DNA from: an uncultured virus (IMG/VR IMGVR_UViG_3300042347_000998)
Lineage: Duplodnaviria > Heunggongvirae > Uroviricota > Caudoviricetes
IMG/VR virus record: IMGVR_UViG_3300042347_000998
DNA length: 20,000 bases
Direction: 5' to 3' (one strand)
This document shows positions 8,158-16,645 of this stretch, piece by piece. The position numbers were made by a program, and so were the translations under genes. The notes under the pieces are model-generated. The model was not told the DNA's origin and ran no database searches. It saw only the letters and a program-made list of their open reading frames with translations. Every line of letters starts with the position of its first letter. Position 1 is the stretch's first letter.

Positions 8158-8598
8158 ATGACTAACCTTCCAACATCACGGTTTACTGCGTCCGATCTTC
8201 CTGCTTTGATGGAAAGAATCACTCGCAATAGTATTGGAATGGACGAATACTTTGATCGCATCTTCAGTCTTCACGAAACTACAGCAAACTATCCTCCTTA
8301 TAATTTAGTTCAAGTCAGCAACGTAGAATCGAGACTTGAATTGGCACTTGCTGGATTTAGAAAAAAAGAAGTTTTTGTCTATACGCAAGATGGAAAACTC
8401 TTTATTGAAGGTCAAAAAGAAGATAAGGAAACTGACACCAGGTATGTCCACAAAGGTCTGGCTCAACGATCATTTACACGTTCTTGGACACTCTCTGACG
8501 ATACGGAAGTTAGATCAGTTGATTTTGAGGATGGGCTTCTGACTGTTACTCTTGGTAGAATTGTTCCTGAACATCATAAGAGAAAAGATTATCTCTAA
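8158..8598 (+). CDS. hsp20: Small heat shock protein (Hsp20/IbpA family)
   Basis: NYPPYNL, LELALAGF, HKGLAQRSFTRSWTL and FEDGLLTVTL. SD AAGGAG precedes ATG 8158. Confidence 0.94.
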   Translation: MTNLPTSRFTASDLPALMERITRNSIGMDEYFDRIFSLHETTANYPPYNLVQVSNVESRLELALAGFRKKEVFVYTQDGKLFIEGQKEDKETDTRYVHKGLAQRSFTRSWTLSDDTEVRSVDFEDGLLTVTLGRIVPEHHKRKDYL

Positions 8599-8601
8599 AT
8601 A
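8595..8601 (+). promoter_or_regulatory. Late-promoter-like motif
   Basis: CTAAATA overlaps the hsp20 stop codon. Confidence 0.4.
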
Positions 8602-8629
8602 TAATTGAATATCGTCGTCGCTATGCCAC

Positions 8630-8670
8630 GGGAGGTAACTGGCAAAATCCAGTTGACACCTCCCCTTTTT
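8630..8670 (+). terminator. Long bulged stem-loop with U-tract
   Basis: GGGAGGT-AACTGG (8630-8642) pairs with CCAGTT-[GAC]-ACCTCCC (8649-8664), followed by CTTTTT. Confidence 0.75.
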
Positions 8671-8681
8671 ATTGCTAAAAT
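8653..8681 (+). promoter_or_regulatory. Sigma70-like promoter for the gp43 operon
   Basis: TTGACA (8653-8658), 17 nt spacer, TAAAAT (8676-8681), with extended -10 TG. Confidence 0.8.
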
Positions 8682-8701
8682 TTTAAAAAAGGTATGAACA
8701 A

Positions 8702-9073
8702 ATGACTATAAAACTTGCAATATTGAAATCCGGAGAAGATGTAATTGCAGATATTAAAGAGTTGGTTTCTGAAGAGGAAAAGGTAGTTTCTTATGTCTTT
8801 TCAAATCCATTTGTAGTTAAATTGATTGAACCAGAAATATTAACAAATGATGAAGTGACAACAGAAAATAGGCAATATAGTCTGTCTGTTTATCCTTGGA
8901 TTCCACTTACAGAACAGGAAGATATTGTAGTAAATCCAGACTGGGTTGTTTCTATTGTAGAACCAGCAGCAACATTAAAAAAATCTTATGAGGTAAAAGT
9001 TTATGGAAGAGGAAACAAAGAGTCGAGTGATTCAAGTCTTGATACTCCAGAATCAGTTGAATTTAATAACTGA
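8702..9073 (+). CDS. Conserved hypothetical phage protein
   Basis: MTIKLAILKSGEDVIADIKE...PWIPL...DWVVSIVEP is typical of the gene between hsp20 and gp43 in cyanomyoviruses. Confidence 0.8.
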   Translation: MTIKLAILKSGEDVIADIKELVSEEEKVVSYVFSNPFVVKLIEPEILTNDEVTTENRQYSLSVYPWIPLTEQEDIVVNPDWVVSIVEPAATLKKSYEVKVYGRGNKESSDSSLDTPESVEFNN

Positions 9074-9275
9074 GATTGAAGAAGTTCTTGTTGATTTTGG
9101 TGAACCAAACTGCAAATTAAAAAAACCATATTTAATTTCTGAAGATGGGAATCTTTCTCCTTGGTTAAAGACATTTACAAATGATACAGAAATCATGATG
9201 AGTTCAGATAAGATTTTGACTCTTGTTGAACCAAATGGAAAATTACTTGACGATTATACTGAACTTACAAAATGA
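9003..9275 (+). CDS. Conserved hypothetical phage protein
   Basis: GEPNCKLKKPY...PWL...SDKILTLVEP. Stop overlaps the gp43 start (ATGA); the start position is uncertain. Confidence 0.75.
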   Translation: MEEETKSRVIQVLILQNQLNLITEIEEVLVDFGEPNCKLKKPYLISEDGNLSPWLKTFTNDTEIMMSSDKILTLVEPNGKLLDDYTELTK

Positions 9276-11764
9276 GATTTTATACCAACGTCTATGAAAA
9301 ATTTAATAAAATGTTGGTTCGTGGTTATGATAATGGGGAGTATTTTCAAATAGAGGAAGAGTATCAACCGACTCTTTTTGTTTCTTCAAAGAAAAAATCA
9401 AAGTATAGAACACTTGATGGATATGCAGTAGAACCTATTCAACCTGGGAAAATTTCTGACTGTAGGGAATTTCTTGAAAAATATTCAAAGGTTGATGGGT
9501 TTACTGTTTATGGAAATGATAACTATAAAGCACAATATATTTCCGATAAGTATCCAGAAGAAGAAATTAAGTTTGATATTACTAAAATTAGGTTAGTAAC
9601 GATTGATATTGAGGTTGCTGCAGAAGGTGGATTCCCGAATGTTTTTGATTGTGCAGAAGAAATACTAACAATATCTATTCAGAATTATTCGACAAAAAAA
9701 ATTATTTGTTTTGCGAATGGAAGATCGTATAACAATACACGTAAAGATGTATCTTATGTTCACTGCACTGATGAGATTGATTTGATTAATCATTTTCTTG
9801 CATTTTGGGAACAAAATACTCCAGATGCAGTTACTGGATGGAATTGTGAATTATATGATATTCCCTATATTGCGGGACGTATTGAAAGAATTCTTGGGGA
9901 AAAAGAAGCACGTCGTCTTTCTCCTTGGGGAAATATTCGTAGAAAAGAATTGGTAATTCAGGGAAGAGAGCAAATTTCCTACGAAGTTGCTGGAGTTTCA
10001 ATCATTGATTATCTTGATTTGTATAAGAAATTTACTTATACAAATCAAGAATCATATCGTCTTGACCATATTGCTTTTGTTGAATTGGGGCAAAAGAAAC
10101 TTGACCACTCAGAATTTGATACTTTCCGAGAATTTTATACAAAAGATTGGCAAAAGTTTGTTGATTATAACATTAAAGACGTTGAGCTTGTTGACCAGTT
10201 AGAAGATAAGATGAAACTTATTGAATTGTGTTTGACTATGGCATATGATGCCAAAGTTAATTATAATGATGTGTTTTATCAAGTAAGAACTTGGGATGCT
10301 ATTATTTACAACTATCTTAAGAAACGTAACATTGTTATTCCCCCAAAAGATAAATCATCAAAAGATGATAAATTTGCTGGAGCATATGTCAAAGAACCGA
10401 TTCCTGGGATTTATAATTGGGTGGTCAGTTTTGACCTTAATAGCCTTTATCCCCATCTTATTATGCAATACAATATTTCTCCAGAAACACTCGTTGAGAC
10501 CAGACACTCATCAGCTTCAGTTGAGAGAATACTTGGAAAGCAAATAAGTATTAATGGTGATTTTTGTGTTTGTGCAAATGGGGCACAATACCGAAAAGAT
10601 ATTCGGGGGTTTCTACCTGAATTAATGGAGAAAATGTATAATGACAGAGTAGTTTTTAAAAAGAAAATGCTTACTGCTAAACAGCAGTACGAAAAAACTC
10701 CTACTAAAGAATTGGAAAAAGAAATTGCTCGTTGCAACAACATTCAGATGGCAAAGAAGATTTCTTTGAACTCTGCTTATGGTGCTATCGGTAATCAGTA
10801 TTTCCGTTATTATAAACTAGCAAATGCTGAGGCAATCACTTTGTCTGGACAAGTATCAATTCGTTGGATTGAAAGTAAAATGAATCAATATCTAAATAGG
10901 ATATTAAAATCCAAAGACATTGATTATGTTATTGCTTCTGATACCGACTCCATTTATCTTAATATGGGTCCTTTGGTTGAAAATGTATACAAGGGAAGAG
11001 AGACGACTCGTGAAAAAGTTGTTGGGTTCCTTGATAAGATCTGCAAAATGGAACTTGAACCTTATATTGAAAGTTCTTACCAAGAATTGGCAGAGTATGT
11101 AAATGCTTACGACCAAAAAATGCAAATGAAACGAGAGAATATTGCTGATCGTGGAATCTGGACTGCAAAGAAAAGATATATTCTTAATGTTTGGGATTCT
11201 GAAGGAGTTAGATATGAGCAACCAAAACTTAAGATTATGGGACTTGAGGCAGTCAAATCATCAACACCAGCACCTTGTCGTCAAATGATTAAGGATGGTC
11301 TTAAACTTATTATGACAAAGACTGAAGACGATTTGATTGATTATATTGATCAATCAAGAAAAAAATTTAATAGTCTTTCGGTGGAAGAGATTTCTTTTCC
11401 AAGAACTGTAAACGATGTCGTAAAACATAAAGCAGTTAATACCATCTATGGAAAAGGAACACCAATTCACGTTAGAGGTGCTCTTCTTTACAACCATATA
11501 ATTAAGGAGAAAAAACTAGATAAAAAATATGCAACAATCCAAAATGGTGAAAAAATAAAATTTTGTTATCTTAAACTTCCTAATCCAATTCGTGAGAATG
11601 TAATATCTTATGTTCAAGAATTTCCCAGAGAATTGGGATTGGACAAATATATTGATTATGAGTTACAATTTAATAAAGCATTTTTGGAACCGATGAGAGT
11701 TATTCTTGACGCAATTGGTTGGAGAATAGAAAAAACTTTAACTTTAGAATCATTTTTTGCTTAA
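9272..11764 (+). CDS. gp43: Family B DNA polymerase
   Basis: Exonuclease motifs DIEV, TGWNCELYDIPY and YNIKDV; polymerase motifs SFDLNSLYPH, KISLNSAYG and ASDTDS. No intein-sized insertion. Confidence 0.98.
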   Translation: MRFYTNVYEKFNKMLVRGYDNGEYFQIEEEYQPTLFVSSKKKSKYRTLDGYAVEPIQPGKISDCREFLEKYSKVDGFTVYGNDNYKAQYISDKYPEEEIKFDITKIRLVTIDIEVAAEGGFPNVFDCAEEILTISIQNYSTKKIICFANGRSYNNTRKDVSYVHCTDEIDLINHFLAFWEQNTPDAVTGWNCELYDIPYIAGRIERILGEKEARRLSPWGNIRRKELVIQGREQISYEVAGVSIIDYLDLYKKFTYTNQESYRLDHIAFVELGQKKLDHSEFDTFREFYTKDWQKFVDYNIKDVELVDQLEDKMKLIELCLTMAYDAKVNYNDVFYQVRTWDAIIYNYLKKRNIVIPPKDKSSKDDKFAGAYVKEPIPGIYNWVVSFDLNSLYPHLIMQYNISPETLVETRHSSASVERILGKQISINGDFCVCANGAQYRKDIRGFLPELMEKMYNDRVVFKKKMLTAKQQYEKTPTKELEKEIARCNNIQMAKKISLNSAYGAIGNQYFRYYKLANAEAITLSGQVSIRWIESKMNQYLNRILKSKDIDYVIASDTDSIYLNMGPLVENVYKGRETTREKVVGFLDKICKMELEPYIESSYQELAEYVNAYDQKMQMKRENIADRGIWTAKKRYILNVWDSEGVRYEQPKLKIMGLEAVKSSTPAPCRQMIKDGLKLIMTKTEDDLIDYIDQSRKKFNSLSVEEISFPRTVNDVVKHKAVNTIYGKGTPIHVRGALLYNHIIKEKKLDKKYATIQNGEKIKFCYLKLPNPIRENVISYVQEFPRELGLDKYIDYELQFNKAFLEPMRVILDAIGWRIEKTLTLESFFA

Positions 11765-11880
11765 TGGATTTGCCGATTACTGAACGTGAATTTAAAAAAA
11801 TTTTAGAATTACTTAAAAGAACTGATGAAAAGCAGTTGTATAATAAATTATGGACATTTAATTTTAATAGGAAAAAATAA
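11764..11880 (+). CDS. Small hypothetical protein (38 aa), absent from the ORF track
   Basis: [43 protein letters not shown] coupling to gp43, and it fills the gap to uvsX exactly. Confidence 0.65.
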   Translation: MDLPITEREFKKILELLKRTDEKQLYNKLWTFNFNRKK

Positions 11881-11882
11881 TT

Positions 11883-12887
11883 ATGGACTTTTTAAAAGAC
11901 ATCGTAAAAGAAATCGGAGGAGAGTATACACAACTTGCTTCTGATATTGATGAGACTGAGACTTATGTTGACACGGGTTCTTACATCTTTAATGCACTGG
12001 TTTCAGGTAGCATATTTGGTGGTGTATCTGGGAATAAGATTACTGCTATTGCTGGAGAGTCTTCTACTGGAAAGACTTTCTTCTCTCTCGCTGTGGTTAA
12101 GAATTTTCTTAATAATAATCCCGATGGTTATTGTCTCTACTTTGATACTGAGGCTGCTGTAAGTAAATCATTACTCCAAAGTCGTGGTCTTGATATCAAT
12201 AGAATTGTTGTAGTTAATGTTGTTACTATTGAAGAGTTTAGAAGTAAAGCACTTAAGGCAGTAGATTTATATCTAAAGAAAAAAGAAGGTGAACGTAAAC
12301 CTTGTATGTTTGTTCTTGATTCTTTGGGAATGCTTTCTACTGAGAAAGAAATTGAAGATGCACTAAATGATAAACAAGTTAGGGATATGACTAAATCTCA
12401 ACTTGTAAAGGGTGCATTTAGAATGCTTACTCTTAAATTAGGACAAGCAAAGATTCCTATGATTGTTACCAATCATACATATGACGTTGTAGGATCATAT
12501 GTTCCTACAAAAGAAATGAGTGGTGGTTCTGGTCTTAAATATGCAGCATCTTCTATTATCTATCTTTCTAAGAAAAAAGAAAAGGATGGAACAGAAGTTG
12601 TTGGTAATATCATCAAATGTAAGACACAAAAGTCTCGTTTGAGTAAAGAAAATAAAGAAGTGGAGGTGCGTTTGTATTATGATGAACGTGGTCTTGATAA
12701 GTATTATGGTCTTCTTGATCTTGCTGAAAAGTATGAAATCTTTAAGAAGGTGGGAACTCGTTATGATATTGGAGATGGTACAACTCAATTTGGAAAAACT
12801 ATTAATGAAAATCCAGAGAAGTACTTCACGCCAGAAATAATGCAGGCATTAGATGAAGCAGCAAAAAAAGAATTTTCTTATGGGTGA
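11883..12887 (+). CDS. uvsX: RecA-like recombinase
   Basis: Walker [26 protein letters not shown] and [11 protein letters not shown]. Confidence 0.95.
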   Translation: MDFLKDIVKEIGGEYTQLASDIDETETYVDTGSYIFNALVSGSIFGGVSGNKITAIAGESSTGKTFFSLAVVKNFLNNNPDGYCLYFDTEAAVSKSLLQSRGLDINRIVVVNVVTIEEFRSKALKAVDLYLKKKEGERKPCMFVLDSLGMLSTEKEIEDALNDKQVRDMTKSQLVKGAFRMLTLKLGQAKIPMIVTNHTYDVVGSYVPTKEMSGGSGLKYAASSIIYLSKKKEKDGTEVVGNIIKCKTQKSRLSKENKEVEVRLYYDERGLDKYYGLLDLAEKYEIFKKVGTRYDIGDGTTQFGKTINENPEKYFTPEIMQALDEAAKKEFSYG

Positions 12888-13438
12888 TGAGAAACATTCG
12901 GGTCATAAAAACTGGAATTGATGTATCTAAAATTTTAGAACAAATAAAACAATATCCAGAAGATTGGGGTTCACAAAAAAATATTAAAGATAAAAAAATA
13001 AAACAACTTGACCCAACAAAATATACTGTTACAGTAGACGTTCTTCAATTAATAATGGGAGGAATAGAAAAGGAAGGTCAGTATGTTGGTGATACTGAAA
13101 TTTGCATTCAAACACCAGCATACGAAAAACACACAGAAATTCTTAAATTCTTAAAGACATATTTTAAGAAAATACGTCGTTGTGCTTTTCTTTCTTTGCC
13201 TATTGGTGAAATAGTAGGTTCTCATATTGATGAAGGAACTTATTATCTTACGAAAGATAGATATCACCTTTCCATTCAGGGAAAATACAGGTATAGTGTA
13301 GGTGATGAAACTATGATTGTTGAACCTGGAACTTTCTTTTGGTTCAATAATAAACTTCCCCATAGTGCTGAAAATATTGGTGATGAAGTTAGAATTACTT
13401 TTGTATTTGATGTGCCTCATCATAAAAAAAATCCATAG
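12884..13438 (+). CDS. Aspartyl/asparaginyl beta-hydroxylase-like 2OG-Fe(II) oxygenase
   Basis: Facial-triad pattern HID...PHSAEN and RITFVFD; also RYHLSIQG and FWFNNK. Confidence 0.8.
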   Translation: MMRNIRVIKTGIDVSKILEQIKQYPEDWGSQKNIKDKKIKQLDPTKYTVTVDVLQLIMGGIEKEGQYVGDTEICIQTPAYEKHTEILKFLKTYFKKIRRCAFLSLPIGEIVGSHIDEGTYYLTKDRYHLSIQGKYRYSVGDETMIVEPGTFFWFNNKLPHSAENIGDEVRITFVFDVPHHKKNP

Positions 13439-13449
13439 TTAGAGGAGAA

Positions 13450-14826
13450 ATGGAAAAAGTTGAAACTACGATTCTTAGAAATCTCTTATTTAATAATGAT
13501 TATTGTAGAAAGGTATTACCTTTTATAAAAAATGAATACTTTGAGAATCTTCACGAGAAAGTAGTTTTTGAGGAGATTTGTAAATTTATTGTTGCTTACG
13601 AACAACTAGCAACAAAAGAAGTTCTTTTGATTGAAACAGAAAAAAGAACTGATATTACAGAAGATACTTACAAAATTATTTGTGATTATATTTCTAAACT
13701 TGATGATGCTCCAGCAGATAAACAATGGTTGGTAGATACTACTGAAAAGTGGTGTAAAGACCGAGCAATTTATCTTGCTCTTATGGAAAGTATTAAAATT
13801 GCTGACGGGCAAGATGAAAAGAAATCTAGAGATTCCATTCCAACAATTTTACAAGAAGCACTTGCTATTGGATTTGATAGCCACATTGGACACGATTACC
13901 TAAAAGATTACCAAGAACGATATGACTCTTATCACAGGAAAGAAGACAAAATTCCATTTGATTTGGAATATTTTAACAAAATTACCAAAGGGGGCATCCC
14001 TAACAAAACTCTTAATATCGCACTTGCTGGTACAGGTGTCGGGAAATCTCTATTCATGTGCCATGTGGCTAGCTCCGTGTTGCTCCAAGGACGGAACGTA
14101 TTGTACATTACGCTTGAAATGGCAGAGGAGAAAATTGCTGAACGAATTGACGCAAATCTCTTAAATGTTAATATCAAAGATATTGAAACATTGCCAAAAG
14201 TAATGTTTGATACGAAAGTAAATAATATTGCGAAGAAAACACAAGGAACTCTGATTATCAAAGAGTATCCAACTGCTTCGGCACACGCAGGTCATTTTAG
14301 AGCACTTCTTAATGAACTCTCTCTTAAGAAATCATTTAAGCCTGATATTATTTTCATTGACTACCTTAATATTTGTGGGTCCTCAAGATATAAGAGTAAT
14401 TTTTCAGTCAATTCTTACTCTTATGTTAAAGCAATTGCGGAAGAACTTCGTGGTCTTGCAGTTGAGGCAAATGTTCCAATTGTTTCCGCTACCCAAACTA
14501 CTCGTAGTGGATTTTCTAGCTCCGATCCTGATCTTACTGATACTAGTGAATCCTTTGGTCTTCCTGCTACTGCTGACCTTATGTTTGCCCTTATTAGCAC
14601 AGAAGAGTTGGAACAACTTGGGCAGATTATGGTAAAACAATTGAAGAATAGATATAATGACCCAACAATGAATAAAAGATTTGTAGTTGGAATTGATAGA
14701 GCAAAAATGCGTCTTTATGATGTGGAACAAAGTGCTCAAAAGGATATACTTGACTCTGGACAAGAGGAAGAGTATAATTATGAAGAAAAGAAACCTAAAA
14801 AGTCGTTTGAAGGATTTAAATTTTAA
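13450..14826 (+). CDS. gp41: Replicative DnaB-like helicase
   Basis: Walker A AGTGVGKS, ITLEMAEE, IFIDYLNI, SATQTTR and QLKNRY. SD GAGGAG. Confidence 0.96.
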   Translation: MEKVETTILRNLLFNNDYCRKVLPFIKNEYFENLHEKVVFEEICKFIVAYEQLATKEVLLIETEKRTDITEDTYKIICDYISKLDDAPADKQWLVDTTEKWCKDRAIYLALMESIKIADGQDEKKSRDSIPTILQEALAIGFDSHIGHDYLKDYQERYDSYHRKEDKIPFDLEYFNKITKGGIPNKTLNIALAGTGVGKSLFMCHVASSVLLQGRNVLYITLEMAEEKIAERIDANLLNVNIKDIETLPKVMFDTKVNNIAKKTQGTLIIKEYPTASAHAGHFRALLNELSLKKSFKPDIIFIDYLNICGSSRYKSNFSVNSYSYVKAIAEELRGLAVEANVPIVSATQTTRSGFSSSDPDLTDTSESFGLPATADLMFALISTEELEQLGQIMVKQLKNRYNDPTMNKRFVVGIDRAKMRLYDVEQSAQKDILDSGQEEEYNYEEKKPKKSFEGFKF

Positions 14827-15242
14827 TGGAAACTGCTAAACACGTAGATTTTGATAAGTATGCTGAGTTTGTGGATGCTGTAACTTCTGATGCATCTAAA
14901 GACTTTCTTTCTTTGTCTGATAGGCTTGTTGCACTGGATGAAAAGGGTGCAAATATTGAACGACTCCTGACTGCTGGTGTTGGTATTAATGCCGAGGGTG
15001 GGGAGTTTCTTGAAATCATTAAAAAAATGATTTTCCAAGGAAAACCTTTCAATGAAGATAACCGAGAACATCTGATTATTGAACTTGGAGACATTATGTG
15101 GTATGTTGCTCAAGCTTGTATGTCACTTGGTGTCAGTATTGATGACGTAGTTGCTCGTAACGTTCAAAAACTTCTCAAGCGTTATCCTGAAGGTGCTTTT
15201 GATGTTTATTTCTCTGAAAACCGTGCTGCTGACGACCGATGA
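14826..15242 (+). CDS. mazG: MazG-like nucleotide pyrophosphohydrolase
   Basis: AEGGEFLEIIKK, ELGDIMWYVAQ and NVQKLLKRYP; follows gp41. Confidence 0.9.
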   Translation: METAKHVDFDKYAEFVDAVTSDASKDFLSLSDRLVALDEKGANIERLLTAGVGINAEGGEFLEIIKKMIFQGKPFNEDNREHLIIELGDIMWYVAQACMSLGVSIDDVVARNVQKLLKRYPEGAFDVYFSENRAADDR

Positions 15243-15424
15243 CTAAAGAAAAACAAGTAACAGTTAAAATGAATGTTCGTGCTGCTGCTGCAGTTCGTCA
15301 AATTTTATATGAAGCACAAAAAGGATACACGACAGACATAAACAATGTCCCTCCACGTATTTTTGAAATTCGTGAAGTTATTGCAGATTTTGACGATGCA
15401 ATCACCCAAGTATTAGAAACCTGA
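15239..15424 (+). CDS. Small hypothetical protein
   Basis: 61-aa ORF with ATGA overlap on mazG and codon style like its neighbours. Confidence 0.7.
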   Translation: MTKEKQVTVKMNVRAAAAVRQILYEAQKGYTTDINNVPPRIFEIREVIADFDDAITQVLET

Positions 15425-15434
15425 ACTATATTAT

Positions 15435-15474
15435 AAATCCCTAATTTCTAAATAAAAGAAACTAGGGATTTTTT
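15435..15474 (+). promoter_or_regulatory. Hairpin covering the ribosome-binding region of ORF 15476, with a late-promoter-like motif at the loop; may also act as a terminator
   Basis: AAATCCCTAATTTCT (15435-15449) pairs 14/15 with AGAAACTAGGGATTT (15457-15471). CTAAATA at 15448-15454; T6 at 15469-15474. Confidence 0.7.
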
Positions 15475-15475
15475 A

Positions 15476-16618
15476 ATGGCAATTATTAATAGTAGTGGAT
15501 ACAAATTACTAAATGCCACAACAGTAATTAATATTTTAAAATCTAGTGCGGTTCAAAATCAAAATTATCCTCATGTAAGGTCTAGATTTTATGATTTAAA
15601 GAGAACAAGTGATAGTAAAATTTTATTAACTGTGAAGTCTCAGTATTCTTCTAATTTGGAAAGAATATATGATGATATAACTAAATTATTTTCTACTGAC
15701 GTTTTATTAAATGGAAAAAGTATTTTTGTTACTGGAAGACAATCCAATGTTTTGGGTGTAGATTTTATATTAACTTTACAAAAAGCAACCTCTAAATTTG
15801 AAATATTTTTTAAAAGTCAAAAATCAATAAAACCAAAAGTTCCAGAATTATTAAGGCCAGGTATTTTGAATGAAGAATATTTTGTTTCAAAAATTAATGA
15901 TCAGGTAAAAAAAATTAATGAGGCAAAAAATACGATTGCTTTGCCAAATTTATTTGACCCGAATTTGAATTTAGTTTTATATGAAAATAATCAGCAAAAA
16001 TATACAATAAATGGAATAAAATCAATTGAGAGGGTTGGACAACTTTTAGGGAAAGAGGATGTTTCAATTAAAACTAAAAATAATAAAAAAATTAAAATTT
16101 CTTTAAAAAAGGAAAATTTTTCTTTTTGGGGAAGTGCGAGTCAATATTCTGCAGCAAATGATATTTTGTATTATCTGATAAAATCTAATTTGATTTCAGT
16201 GTCAAATTCTTCCGGAAGGGGGGTTTTGACTGATATTTCTACTGGAAAACCATTAATTGGCATTAGATTAAAAGCAACAATTGGAGAAATTAAAAAATAT
16301 TGTTTTGGTGAAGGTATGAATAAAGTTGATTATATTTTAATACAATCATTTAATGTTGGAGATTTCAGGGATATTAGAAAAGTTGGAGGTGGTCAAGATT
16401 ATAAGTTGGAACTAAATTCTTCAATAATATATAAAGAGACTTCAAATGACATAATAAGAATGAGAGATAATGTTTATTTGACAATTGTTCCTAGTTCTAG
16501 CAATTCTTCTGCCTTGATGCCAAATTATCCTGGTTTTAGAATACAATTTGCCACTAAAGGAGCATCAAAGGGTTATTATGAACCATCACTTGCTAATATT
16601 TCGTTAGGAAGATTGTAA
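15476..16618 (+). CDS. Hypothetical protein, putative PD-(D/E)XK-type endonuclease
   Basis: 380 aa, very AT-rich. NEEYF...GKEDVSIKTKNNKKIKISLKK resembles the E...K.D...ISLK active-site variant of restriction-like nucleases. Confidence 0.5.
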   Translation: MAIINSSGYKLLNATTVINILKSSAVQNQNYPHVRSRFYDLKRTSDSKILLTVKSQYSSNLERIYDDITKLFSTDVLLNGKSIFVTGRQSNVLGVDFILTLQKATSKFEIFFKSQKSIKPKVPELLRPGILNEEYFVSKINDQVKKINEAKNTIALPNLFDPNLNLVLYENNQQKYTINGIKSIERVGQLLGKEDVSIKTKNNKKIKISLKKENFSFWGSASQYSAANDILYYLIKSNLISVSNSSGRGVLTDISTGKPLIGIRLKATIGEIKKYCFGEGMNKVDYILIQSFNVGDFRDIRKVGGGQDYKLELNSSIIYKETSNDIIRMRDNVYLTIVPSSSNSSALMPNYPGFRIQFATKGASKGYYEPSLANISLGRL

Positions 16619-16619
16619 T

Positions 16620-16627
16620 TATAAATA
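16620..16627 (+). promoter_or_regulatory. T4-type late promoter
   Basis: Exact TATAAATA, 18 nt before ATG 16646. Confidence 0.8.
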
Positions 16628-16645
16628 TTTAAAAAACAAGTAATA

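Noticed and set aside
9272..14826. Inteins or introns in gp43, uvsX or gp41
   Set aside because: Lengths are typical, motifs are contiguous, and no splice-junction signatures were seen.
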